Below are positions 18,331 to 26,849 of a DNA stretch of 64,000 bases, piece by piece. The notes under the pieces are model-generated. The model was not told the DNA's origin, did no database searches, and worked only from the letters and a program-made list of their open reading frames with translations. Source of the stretch: a virus; the IMG/VR virus record IMGVR_UViG_3300032322_001295, positions 23,878 to 87,877 of that record, one strand, 5' to 3'. A program made the translations under genes and the position numbers. How positions within the stretch are numbered: the first letter of the stretch is position 1; every line of letters starts with the position of its first letter.

Positions 18331-18630
18331 TTAGAGATAAACTGTTTCACGTTGTACATTTTTAACAAACGCTTGAAAAACTCTTATTGACTCATCAATA
18401 CCAGGAAGAGTGTTAAACATATAAATATCTTCTACGTTGTTGTTTTTATCTACGTAGATTTTTACTCCGACTTGACCAAATCCGTAGATTCGGTAACTTA
18501 TTATGTAATGCCCCTCATCTTCTTTATACTTCCCATCTTCCCATAGATTAAGTTGGTACTGTGTACCATCGTTAGGAAATAACTCTTCCATTTTATTTAA
18601 TACCTCAGTTCTTAATTCTTGATAGTTCAT
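18331..18630 (-). CDS. Hypothetical early protein
   Basis: 99-aa ORF preceded by copy 1 of the conserved hairpin element. Confidence 0.75.
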   Translation of the reverse strand: MNYQELRTEVLNKMEELFPNDGTQYQLNLWEDGKYKEDEGHYIISYRIYGFGQVGVKIYVDKNNNVEDIYMFNTLPGIDESIRVFQAFVKNVQRETVYL

Positions 18631-18636
18631 AACTAT

Positions 18637-18686
18637 TATACTCTTGTCATCCTCACATAGGCTCGAGTTCTACCTATACGCTTGTT
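18637..18686 (-). repeat. Conserved leader hairpin element, copy 1
   Basis: AACAAG-CGTATAGG-TAGAACTCGAG-CCTATGTG-AGGATGACAAGAGTATA, 6 nt before the ATG at 18630. Confidence 0.85.
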
Positions 18687-18697
18687 AGTTATTTGTT

Positions 18698-18910
18698 TTA
18701 TATTGTTATTTCTGCTGGGTTCATGCAAAGCATGACATCCCACTCTTGACCGTAGTCAGAAAAAACTAAACTGTATGGTTCGCGTTCGTAATACTGAACA
18801 CCATTCCAAGAAAAAAGCATACAGCCTTCTTCGTCCCTGATTTGCAATCCATTATCATCAACACATGGAAGCAAACATTTAAGAGGGACATATTGTCCTG
18901 TCTGTGTCAT
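18698..18910 (-). CDS. Hypothetical early protein
   Basis: 70-aa ORF preceded by copy 2 of the conserved hairpin element. Confidence 0.7.
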   Translation of the reverse strand: MTQTGQYVPLKCLLPCVDDNGLQIRDEEGCMLFSWNGVQYYEREPYSLVFSDYGQEWDVMLCMNPAEITI

Positions 18911-18915
18911 ACTTA

Positions 18916-18965
18916 TATACTCTTGTCATCCTTACACGTGCTCGAGCTCTACACGCATACTTGTT
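18916..18965 (-). repeat. Conserved leader hairpin element, copy 2
   Basis: AACAAG-TATGCGTG-TAGAGCTCGAG-CACGTGTA-AGGATGACAAGAGTATA, 5 nt before the ATG at 18910. Confidence 0.85.
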
Positions 18966-19038
18966 TTTTTAAATGATTTGTTGTTTCTTACTGGATAGTA
19001 CATACTACCCTCGCACCTGTAAACTCAGGTTGTTATTC

Positions 19039-19248
19039 TTAATCTTCTAGTTTACGCACGTTCACATACGTTACTACAGTATCACCACTATTATCTGTAT
19101 CTAGAAGTTGATTCCAGATATAATCTGCAACTTTTTCCGCGTTCTCTTCAAGTACATATACACTGTGAAGATTGTCATTTAAATAAATACCATAAGAAAA
19201 TGGTGTTAAATAATCAAAAGATAACTTTTCCATAATACTAGTGACCAT
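19039..19248 (-). CDS. Hypothetical early protein
   Basis: ORF track; 69 aa. Confidence 0.6.
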   Translation of the reverse strand: MVTSIMEKLSFDYLTPFSYGIYLNDNLHSVYVLEENAEKVADYIWNQLLDTDNSGDTVVTYVNVRKLED

Positions 19249-19437
19249 TCTTTATAGGGCATTTGAGTCATTTCCCTTGTTGTGAAAAATATATAAAGTG
19301 TAGATATAATCACCTATAATAAAACCCACGCAATCACTTACAATATTAGTATGTATAACACTAATAGAGTTGTGCGATATGATGTAGAGTAGAGTAATGC
19401 GCAGCAGATGGTAGCCACTCACACCTTTTCTCTATCA

Positions 19438-19453
19438 TGTTCCACGTGGAACA
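19438..19453. promoter_or_regulatory. parS: parS centromere-like site
   Basis: Perfect 16-bp palindrome TGTTCCACGTGGAACA matching the bacterial chromosomal parS consensus; intergenic. Confidence 0.88.
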
Positions 19454-19539
19454 ATAGCACTAACAGTCTGACAGTCAACGCTATATGTAAATCATTATCT
19501 AATATTTTGTTATCTTACTAACAGTAGTATGAACCTTTT

Positions 19540-19570
19540 AAAAAAACCCCACGCCCGAAGGCGCAGGGAT
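19540..19570 (-). terminator. Intrinsic terminator
   Basis: ATCCCTGCGCC-TTCG-GGCGTGGGGT followed by a T-run, directly after the stop of 19576..19938. Confidence 0.85.
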
Positions 19571-19575
19571 TTTTC

Positions 19576-19938
19576 TTACTTCTTCTTCTTAGTAGTAGTT
19601 TTGACCACTACTTCTTTCTTTTCTTCTTCTTCTTCAGGAAGTCTAGTCTCGACGACAGCTTTGTTGTTGATGGTGACGAATAACTCCTCACCAGTTTCAA
19701 ATACAAACTCTTGTTCGTCTAGGAAATCTTCTAGGATTCCATCTTTACGTAATTGGTCTATCAACTGATAGGCACCAATGGTACCCTTATCAGTCAAGAT
19801 ACACTGCGAAGCTTTCTGCCCCCAAGTGCCTTTTCCCAATAACTTTACAAGATGTTCCCCTTCTTTCATGAATAGAGGAGAGTTCTTTTCTCCTTTTTCA
19901 ATGATTTCTGTAACCTTTCCTAATGATACCTTGCTCAT
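19576..19938 (-). CDS. Hypothetical protein; monocistronic first gene left of the strand switch
   Basis: 120 aa, has its own terminator, Glu/Lys-rich tail. Confidence 0.8.
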   Translation of the reverse strand: MSKVSLGKVTEIIEKGEKNSPLFMKEGEHLVKLLGKGTWGQKASQCILTDKGTIGAYQLIDQLRKDGILEDFLDEQEFVFETGEELFVTINNKAVVETRLPEEEEEKKEVVVKTTTKKKK

Positions 19939-20033
19939 AATACATGAAATTAAAAAGTTAGATAATGATTTAACGCGGGGGTACGATACATTAAGTGCCC
20001 TCCCGTCTTTTTTCTTTTTCCTCTACCAAAAAC

Positions 20034-20062
20034 TTGCATAAAACGTGCTATCTGTGTATATT
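20034..20062 (+). promoter_or_regulatory. Putative rightward promoter
   Basis: TTGCAT-N17-TATATT, 36 nt upstream of the ATG at 20099. Confidence 0.45.
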
Positions 20063-20098
20063 GTGCCATTATTCATTCACTATTAAATCTATATTATT

Positions 20099-20602
20099 AT
20101 GCAGACTAGGATAAATTATTATGTAAGGACTACTACTGGTGGTCATATAAAGTTGGGTACTTTGGTTACGACTAAAGATTGCAAGGTACTGGGGGTAGTT
20201 GAGGAGGTTGGAAGATTACTGGGGATAGATGGGTGGAACTGTTACGAGGTTAATGGCAAGATGGTTGTTGATGGTCCTGGTATTCCTACTGATATTGTAT
20301 ATGATTTTGTTGTTAATCATACTGGTCAGTCTATGAGTTTGAGGTATGATAATAGTATTGATATTAGTGGGTTTGTTGTACCGAAGATAGGGGGGTATAA
20401 ATATGTTGCACCGGTTGTTGGTGATGAGGTTGTTGAGGTAGAGGCTGGTCCTGCTCCGAGTGAGAGTGTTGGGATGTTGAAAGAGCCTGATTATAGTAAG
20501 ATGAAGAAGGCTGAGTTGTTGGAGATATTGGGTGATGACGGCGATGGTAAGTTGAGTAAGGCAGAGTTGATAGAAATTATTGTTAACAAGTTAAAGAAGT
20601 AG
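20099..20602 (+). CDS. Protein with a C-terminal Rho-N/HeH-like nucleic acid-binding motif
   Basis: DYSKMKKAELLEIL...KLSKAELIEII. Confidence 0.65.
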   Translation: MQTRINYYVRTTTGGHIKLGTLVTTKDCKVLGVVEEVGRLLGIDGWNCYEVNGKMVVDGPGIPTDIVYDFVVNHTGQSMSLRYDNSIDISGFVVPKIGGYKYVAPVVGDEVVEVEAGPAPSESVGMLKEPDYSKMKKAELLEILGDDGDGKLSKAELIEIIVNKLKK

Positions 20603-20606
20603 GATT

Positions 20607-20909
20607 ATGATGTCTATATTAGAATATTTGGAATGGCGTGGTGTTAATATTGATGACCATGAGGAGCGTATGTGGTGGATTGGCTGGGAGGACGCTCATT
20701 GTATGGGCAGGAGTTATGATGGCTGGAGGGATTTGAGTAGTAGTGCAGATGGCCGTTATGAGAAGTTTGCTGCATTGGTTGTTGATTACTTGCTTTATTG
20801 TAAGGTTGCTGTTGAGAATGTTAGTAATCATTATGTTTTTAATGAGCCGGGGGTGTCTTATGAGGAAGTGATTGTTGGTAGTCAGAGAGGAGGGTCTTGT
20901 CATGAATAG
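20607..20909 (+). CDS. Hypothetical protein
   Basis: ORF track; operon packing. Confidence 0.65.
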   Translation: MMSILEYLEWRGVNIDDHEERMWWIGWEDAHCMGRSYDGWRDLSSSADGRYEKFAALVVDYLLYCKVAVENVSNHYVFNEPGVSYEEVIVGSQRGGSCHE

Positions 20910-21234
20910 GTCCTTACTTGTTTTTGGTAGTATTACTGCTTTGAGTTTATTGTTTACGGCGATGCAGATAGCCTTCATCAGGTATAGTGTTGTTAAGGCT
21001 GACAAGTTAAATGATCAGGTTACTAAGGTTATGAATGACTTACGTGTTTTAGAAGCTGAGGTTAGGGTAAGGGATAGTATGTTGGTCAAGAGTATTGAAA
21101 GTAGTTATCAGAAGATAGAGGAACTGACAGAGATTCGGAAGATGAACCAGAAGCAGATTGATAGTTTGAAGTTGGAGATTGAAAGTGACCTTGATGTTAT
21201 TGATGAGTATAAAAAAGATATGTTAACTTGGTAA
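20902..21234 (+). CDS. Membrane-anchored coiled-coil protein (i-spanin-like)
   Basis: ATG at 20902; N-terminal TM segment LLVFGSITALSLLFTAMQIAFI followed by a coiled coil. Confidence 0.55.
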   Translation: MNRSLLVFGSITALSLLFTAMQIAFIRYSVVKADKLNDQVTKVMNDLRVLEAEVRVRDSMLVKSIESSYQKIEELTEIRKMNQKQIDSLKLEIESDLDVIDEYKKDMLTW

Positions 21235-21244
21235 ATTTTTTGGA

Positions 21245-21706
21245 ATGAAAACGCTAATATTTGTTTTGATGTCTTGTTCTTTGTTTGCTCAGCTAGAAAC
21301 TATTAAGGTTTATGATGGGTTAGACATTTCTTACTTGACAAGAAAAGATACTGTGCTTATGTCGTTACGTAAATGGAATGATGTTGTAGGTATTCTTAGG
21401 GTACAGAATACTGCTATTGTAGATTACAAGTCTTTGTCTGGTAAGTATGAGAAAGATATTAGGGATGCAGAGTTACTGATCACTGAGTACAAGGGTATAG
21501 TTAAGAATCTTGATGAAAGGGTAAACATATACCAGGGGGCGTACAACATGAGTACTGATAAGATAGTTGAGTTAAATAATCTTTGGCAGCAGGGCATGAA
21601 ATATGCAAATAATGAGCGAAAAAGAGGTATCTTTATAGGGACAACCTGGGGCATTATTGGAGGTTTTGCTGCAGGGATTATTACATCAGTTATTTTATTT
21701 AAGTGA
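21245..21706 (+). CDS. Signal peptide + coiled coil + C-terminal hydrophobic segment (spanin-like)
   Basis: MKTLIFVLMSCSLFAQ...coiled coil...GIFIGTTWGIIGGFAAGIITSVILFK. Confidence 0.55.
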   Translation: MKTLIFVLMSCSLFAQLETIKVYDGLDISYLTRKDTVLMSLRKWNDVVGILRVQNTAIVDYKSLSGKYEKDIRDAELLITEYKGIVKNLDERVNIYQGAYNMSTDKIVELNNLWQQGMKYANNERKRGIFIGTTWGIIGGFAAGIITSVILFK

Positions 21707-21707
21707 G

Positions 21708-22124
21708 ATGATAGACGGATATAGAATTTACTTGGACATTGAACCTATGGGTGCTGTACGTACTACGCAAAAGCAGATGTTTAGCGATAAGCGTTACAAG
21801 AAGTATCAGACTTGGAAGGATAACATTTTATTGCTTTGGATTGCAGAACTTATAAAGCTAGGGTTTAAGCCAGAAGAGTTTAAGTTTGACGAAATTAAAA
21901 GTATTGATTTTGTTGTTACTGTTCCTAATGGAAAGAACCTTAGTAAAAAGGTAAAGCAGGAAAGAGAAGATCGTATTGGTAGGCCTCATAAAATAAAGCC
22001 TGACATAGACAATATGTTAAAAGCTTTTATGGATGCTTTGATGAGAGAAGACAGTCACGTTCACACTATTGGTAGAACTCGTAAAGTCTGGGGCGAACAT
22101 GGGCATATAGTTGTGGTTATATAA
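21708..22124 (+). CDS. rusA: RusA-like Holliday junction resolvase
   Basis: EPMGAVR...PHKIKPDIDNMLKAFMDALMREDSHV...KVWG signature. Confidence 0.9.
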   Translation: MIDGYRIYLDIEPMGAVRTTQKQMFSDKRYKKYQTWKDNILLLWIAELIKLGFKPEEFKFDEIKSIDFVVTVPNGKNLSKKVKQEREDRIGRPHKIKPDIDNMLKAFMDALMREDSHVHTIGRTRKVWGEHGHIVVVI

Positions 22125-22147
22125 ATGGTTTTTAGATTATTAGTGAT

Positions 22148-22178
22148 GGCCTGAGCGTAAAATCTCGGGCTTTTTTTT
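22148..22178 (+). terminator. Intrinsic terminator
   Basis: GGCCTGAG-CGTAAAAT-CTCGGGCT followed by a T-run. Confidence 0.8.
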
Positions 22179-22224
22179 GTTATTATAAATAAATGTGTTA
22201 TGTTCGCACTATAAAAGCGATTCT

Positions 22225-22776
22225 ATGTTTTATCTTAATATGGGAGAAGTATGTGTTACTCCTGCAGGACAAACGGTACCGGAATACGTAGCTGTTAAAG
22301 GTGAGTTTCCAAAAGAGGTAAAGTTTGCACAGGTGATTACTTACATTTACTTTGTCTATACCAAGAAAGATAACCCTTACTGGCAACTGCCACCGGTAGA
22401 AAGAAGAGAGCAGGTCACTGCAAACTACGGACTGTTTAAAGACTGGTCCAACTGGAAAAACATAGAGAAAACGGAACAGGTTATTAACCTGATTGATTTC
22501 TACAAAAGAATACAGTTGTCCGAAAACGATCTGAATGTCGATATGTTTAAGGCTAAAGCAGAGCACTGGAGAAAGATGTTAATGAGTCTTGACAATACTC
22601 CTGAGGAAGAACTGCAGATATCTAAAGCATTAGAAGTATCTACTAGGTTGTGCGAAGAGTTTAAACTAAAATCTGAAATGGAAACTGGTAACGAGGAACA
22701 GGAAGGATTGTCATTGTATTTATTTGAGATTCCTGAGAATAAAAAACCGTATCACGCAAGAATGAAAATAAGTTAA
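22225..22776 (+). CDS. Conserved crAss-like protein, possibly terminase small subunit
   Basis: YIYFVY...NPY...ERREQV pattern, helical; first gene of the late block. ATG at 22225, alternative GTG at 22195. Confidence 0.45.
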   Translation: MFYLNMGEVCVTPAGQTVPEYVAVKGEFPKEVKFAQVITYIYFVYTKKDNPYWQLPPVERREQVTANYGLFKDWSNWKNIEKTEQVINLIDFYKRIQLSENDLNVDMFKAKAEHWRKMLMSLDNTPEEELQISKALEVSTRLCEEFKLKSEMETGNEEQEGLSLYLFEIPENKKPYHARMKIS

Positions 22777-22777
22777 T

Positions 22778-23356
22778 ATGGGATTATTCAACCATCATAG
22801 TGATTCTGTTATGTTTAACAATCCTTGTCCTCCGGGTTGTGAAACTTGCTGTCCGTTAGATATACAATTGACATTTGACCCTATTACAAACATACTTACA
22901 TTAACGTACATTTACGATGATGCTACTGTAGTTAGAACTGTAGATCTATCTCATGATTTTGACTTAGAACTTATTTTAAATGGTACAATACTTGAACTTA
23001 CTGGAGAGCATGACGAAACGCAAGTGTTAACATCTGTAGATTTAGCACCAATTATTCCTGTACGTGGTCCATTATGTTATTGCGAAGACAACTTAGTTTA
23101 TTATGATGCTTCTGGTACATTGCTACTAACTGAATACATAATAGTTGTTATCACAGATGGATTAACTTTAACACTACCAGCTACACCGGTATTAGGACAG
23201 ATGTATAAAGTTTATTGTACTGTGCCGGGAACAACAGTAAATGGTAACGTAGGACAAACAATATCTGGTAGTGGAACTTCTGTTAGTATGATACTTGGAG
23301 ATGGAATGATATTTCAATACATTAAAACAAATCAGTGGGGCGTTATAAATCTATAA
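22778..23356 (+). CDS. Virion fibre or decoration protein with a Cys-rich N-terminus
   Basis: CPPGCETCCP; TVDL/SVDL fibre repeats; C-terminal TLTLPATPVLGQ...W domain typical of fibre proteins. Confidence 0.6.
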   Translation: MGLFNHHSDSVMFNNPCPPGCETCCPLDIQLTFDPITNILTLTYIYDDATVVRTVDLSHDFDLELILNGTILELTGEHDETQVLTSVDLAPIIPVRGPLCYCEDNLVYYDASGTLLLTEYIIVVITDGLTLTLPATPVLGQMYKVYCTVPGTTVNGNVGQTISGSGTSVSMILGDGMIFQYIKTNQWGVINL

Positions 23357-23360
23357 TCAT

Positions 23361-23849
23361 ATGAGTTTATTTTCAACAATACAGGTGTACGAGCAGGATG
23401 GCGCTATAGTATTTAAAATTCCTGCAGACCCGGCACCATATGCTGCATTCCCAAAAGGATCTGTTAAGGTTCGAAACTATGGAGTTTCAGGCTTTTTATT
23501 TGAGCGTGAAGCAGATAATGCAGACATTGCTTTTGTAGAAGAAGCAAATAATATATTAGATATTACTTCTACACCATATGGCGCAACAAGAGATGATGTG
23601 TATGAATTGCTATATCCTGTTTTGTCAACTACGTCAATGCTAGATGAACTTTCTACCTTGGCTAACTTTGACATGATTCCGGGTAACAATATTGATATTA
23701 CTTATTACACTGGTGTTAATGCTGGAAATCCTAGTGGTAATACTAACAATATTTATACTATTGTTTATTCAACAGGTGCGACTGTAGTAGCGACAAAAAC
23801 CTTATCGTATAATGCTGCTGATAATGTTATTAGCGTAATCACAACTTAA
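23361..23849 (+). CDS. Putative structural (fibre-associated) protein
   Basis: Beta-rich C-terminus VVATKTLSYNAADNVISV; located in the fibre cluster. Confidence 0.55.
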   Translation: MSLFSTIQVYEQDGAIVFKIPADPAPYAAFPKGSVKVRNYGVSGFLFEREADNADIAFVEEANNILDITSTPYGATRDDVYELLYPVLSTTSMLDELSTLANFDMIPGNNIDITYYTGVNAGNPSGNTNNIYTIVYSTGATVVATKTLSYNAADNVISVITT

Positions 23850-23850
23850 T

Positions 23851-25170
23851 ATGGCGTATAAATTTAATCCCGTAACTGGCAAACTTGATTATTACGGTGC
23901 AGGAAATCTTTCAACTGTATTAGGAAATGGTAATACATCGGGTCCTAACGATATAGATTTTGATTCTGGTAGAGGTGTGTTTTTTGATAATGCTTCTAGA
24001 ATAAAAGAAGGAACTACTGATGCTGGAAATGGTGGAGGTAAAGGAATAGCTTTATTTTGCTCTATTGATTACGAGTTAAAATGGGAAGCAGGTAGATTGT
24101 ATGTAATTCAACAAGGTGGTTTTATTATTAGACACTCTTTGTATAATTTTAATATTATACCGACTGCTGCCGATGATTCTACAAAAGGCTATCAGATTGG
24201 ATCCTTGTGGACTTTAGACGATGGTTCTGTTTATTATTGCGCAGACAATACAATGGGGGCAGCGATTTGGGCATTGCAGCAAAATGCAGTTTCGACTTTG
24301 GACCAAGTTTTAGGATCTGGCAATACAGCTAATAATAAATCAATAATTGATATCGATTTTTTGGATTTTGCAACATCATTGGGACATACAGTTGCAGAAA
24401 GTGAGCTTACTTGGAATGATACTGACGGAACCTTGGATTTAGGTCTCAAAGGTGGTTTAATCAATAAGGTTGGTCAGCAATTAGTAGTTCGTGCAAGAAA
24501 TACAAGCGGTTCTTTAATTAGTAAGGGCAGCGTTGTAAAGGTGGTTGGAGTAGCAGGAGGATTTATAGGTATAAACTTGGCACAAGCAGACAATGACACA
24601 AATAGCGCAACAGCATTTGGTATTGTTTCCGAAGACATCGCAAATAATTCTAATGGGTTTGTCACAATCAACGGGATTGTTCACGGAGTTAATACTAATG
24701 CTTATACAGAAGGAGATATTTTGTATCTTAGTCCAACTACACCAGGAGAAATAACAAATGTTAAACCAGTCTCTCCGTCTCACATTGTTATTGTCGGATA
24801 TGTAGCAAAGAAAAGCGCAACAGATGGACATATTTTGCTACATGTTCAGAATGGCTATGAGCTTGATGAGTTGCATAATGTGTTAATAACAACGCCTGAG
24901 AATGGCAATTTTTTAGAGTATAACGGCACACTTTGGGTTAATCGTGGCATTATATATACGGTTGAGTTGATGGATGCATTAACGGTAGATTTTTACGCTC
25001 CATACGATTTAAAAATAAACACAACTACAAATATCAAAAATGCTCCGACAATTACAATTCAAGACGATGGCGCTGCTTATACTTTGACAAATACTATTGC
25101 AGTAGGTAGTAAAATTACGGTAACGGCATCGGTTGCAGGGGTTACAAATCTAAACATAACAAAAGCATAA
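23851..25170 (+). CDS. Tail or head fibre protein
   Basis: MAYKFNPVTGKLD N-terminus; two TL..VL..GN repeats; ARNTSGSLISKGSVV...GYELDELHNV...LEYNGTLWVN fibre modules. Confidence 0.8.
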   Translation: MAYKFNPVTGKLDYYGAGNLSTVLGNGNTSGPNDIDFDSGRGVFFDNASRIKEGTTDAGNGGGKGIALFCSIDYELKWEAGRLYVIQQGGFIIRHSLYNFNIIPTAADDSTKGYQIGSLWTLDDGSVYYCADNTMGAAIWALQQNAVSTLDQVLGSGNTANNKSIIDIDFLDFATSLGHTVAESELTWNDTDGTLDLGLKGGLINKVGQQLVVRARNTSGSLISKGSVVKVVGVAGGFIGINLAQADNDTNSATAFGIVSEDIANNSNGFVTINGIVHGVNTNAYTEGDILYLSPTTPGEITNVKPVSPSHIVIVGYVAKKSATDGHILLHVQNGYELDELHNVLITTPENGNFLEYNGTLWVNRGIIYTVELMDALTVDFYAPYDLKINTTTNIKNAPTITIQDDGAAYTLTNTIAVGSKITVTASVAGVTNLNITKA

Positions 25171-25172
25171 CT

Positions 25173-25793
25173 ATGGACACATATATAAAAGCAGTTCCTC
25201 CAAGCAGCAGTAGAAGCACCGCACAGCTAATGAAAACAGGGCAAACTGTAAGTCAACAAACAGGTGACGATGGTGACTTGGAAGCAGGTAGAAATGTAGA
25301 TTTTACTACATTAGCTGAAAATAATCCTTTTGGAAATACAAACAGATTTACAAGTACAACTGGAAATCAAACATATACAAATACTATAATTATAGATTGG
25401 TCAACTTATAATGGAAACACAGTTTTAGGTTGGAGTAATACATTGAGAGGAGGCACAAGTGCAACTTGGTCGCAAAATATTTCAGCATCATTGCTGTTAA
25501 ACATAGGTGGTTTTTCTTCAGGTTGGAGAATACCAAATATTACTGAATTATTATCAATTATTAGTTTTGGCTTTAATCCTGCTACTTATGTTTTTAATTT
25601 TTTAAATTATAGCCCTTTTAATATTTTAGCAAATTTAAGTACCTCAAGTAGAGCAAGCACAAATACTGTTTATAAAATAAATGTTTCATCAGGTTCAAGT
25701 CCAGCAGCATTTTCGATTGTTGATAGATTTTCTCAAACTAACAGTTATATAGCTTGTAGAACTTTTACAGTAACAGGAACAACACTTTCATAA
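25173..25793 (+). CDS. DUF1566 (Lcl C-terminal, C-type lectin-like) protein; putative receptor-binding protein
   Basis: KTGQTVS...GDDGDLEAGR...GWRIPNITELLSI motifs. Confidence 0.75.
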   Translation: MDTYIKAVPPSSSRSTAQLMKTGQTVSQQTGDDGDLEAGRNVDFTTLAENNPFGNTNRFTSTTGNQTYTNTIIIDWSTYNGNTVLGWSNTLRGGTSATWSQNISASLLLNIGGFSSGWRIPNITELLSIISFGFNPATYVFNFLNYSPFNILANLSTSSRASTNTVYKINVSSGSSPAAFSIVDRFSQTNSYIACRTFTVTGTTLS

Positions 25794-25810
25794 CATAAAA
25801 AAATAATACA

Positions 25811-26044
25811 ATGACATACAAGTTTCCACAATTTAATATTGAAATTATAGACCCTTCAGTATTAGTTAGTTTAAATACAATACAAGATAGAGCTCTTGAT
25901 AAACTTTTATCTGTTTTTGTTATCCTAACAACAGATACGGCAGAATTTGGAGTTATTGCTGAAAATATGCCATATGTAAATACTTGGGAAGATAGCGACA
26001 TTCCCGATATGGTTAATATTTGGTTAGCTCAATACGAAGTATAA
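25811..26044 (+). CDS. Putative fibre assembly chaperone
   Basis: Small acidic protein directly after the fibre genes. Confidence 0.5.
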   Translation: MTYKFPQFNIEIIDPSVLVSLNTIQDRALDKLLSVFVILTTDTAEFGVIAENMPYVNTWEDSDIPDMVNIWLAQYEV

Positions 26045-26054
26045 AAAATCTGTT

Positions 26055-26264
26055 ATGTTAGGCGGTATCTTAGATGAAGAAGAAAAATTATATTTGTCTG
26101 ATAAATTTTATGATGAATATAAGCCATTTACTCCTATGTTAGATGCAGAAGATAATTGGATATTACCATTGTATCAAATATTTGAAAACAAAAATATAGA
26201 CTGTTGGTGGGTAAAGCATTTGTCAATAGTTGAGTTTAAGTCACATAATAAATATCAAAATTAA
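26055..26264 (+). CDS. Small hypothetical protein
   Basis: FTPMLDAEDNWIL...CWWVKHL pattern seen near fibre genes. Confidence 0.6.
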   Translation: MLGGILDEEEKLYLSDKFYDEYKPFTPMLDAEDNWILPLYQIFENKNIDCWWVKHLSIVEFKSHNKYQN

Positions 26265-26265
26265 A

Positions 26266-26565
26266 ATGAAATCCTTATTGTTACAAGTACCCCAAGAGAT
26301 AAGCTATCTTACTAACTATGGCATTTTAGGTGTTTTCGCTATTCTCATGATTGGCGTCATATATTTTATGGGAAAACAGTTTTTGGCTTTGCATAAAAAA
26401 AACGAAGCAAGAATACAGGAGTTAGAAAAACGACATGACCAATATATGACAGAAGATCGTGTAAGACTCATTGATACAGTAAATAGTAACAATAATGTTA
26501 TCGAAAACAACACAGCAATGATGAAAAAACTTCTTCACCTTGTCGAAAGACTAGAAAAAAACTAA
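26266..26565 (+). CDS. Holin-like protein (BhlA/UviB-type, one TM helix + coiled coil)
   Basis: ATG at 26266; NYGILGVFAILMIGVIYFM TM segment followed by a coiled coil. Confidence 0.6.
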   Translation: MKSLLLQVPQEISYLTNYGILGVFAILMIGVIYFMGKQFLALHKKNEARIQELEKRHDQYMTEDRVRLIDTVNSNNNVIENNTAMMKKLLHLVERLEKN

Positions 26566-26570
26566 CTAAT

Positions 26571-26849
26571 ATGTTTAACTTCCTTAAAGAAAGCACCGAC
26601 GTATCTAGCATGCGAGTAACATTGTTTATAGGAACACTATGTATATGTCTTTTGACTATTGGTGTTTTTATTTATTTAATGATTCACGCTGTTAAGTGCA
26701 CAGACATTGACTGGTCAGGTATGTCAATCTTTTTGACTAGTTTGGCTGCATTTACCGGAACGCTATTGTACGGAAAAGTACAGCAAAAAAAAGTAGAAAA
26801 ATCTCATCTTGACAATCAAAATATAGAACAAAATGGCCAGAATGTTTAA
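26571..26849 (+). CDS. Holin-like protein with two TM helices
   Basis: SSMRV...TM...TM...GKVQQKKVE pattern. Confidence 0.65.
   Translation: MFNFLKESTDVSSMRVTLFIGTLCICLLTIGVFIYLMIHAVKCTDIDWSGMSIFLTSLAAFTGTLLYGKVQQKKVEKSHLDNQNIEQNGQNV

Noticed and set aside
18343-18358. Second parS-like sequence TGTTTCACGTTGTACA
   Set aside because: It has three mismatches in one half-site and lies inside a CDS, so it is probably chance.
18637-18965. CRISPR or other guide-RNA array reading of the two repeats
   Set aside because: There are only two copies, they are separated by a whole gene, and the variable parts base-pair with each other instead of acting as spacers.
19461-19485. TAACAGTCTGACAGTCAACG next to parS as a recombinase or dif-like site
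   Set aside because: The dyad symmetry is weak and there is no recombinase gene in the window, so it cannot be supported.
25173-25793. Complete diversity-generating retroelement
   Set aside because: No reverse transcriptase or template repeat was recognised in the window.
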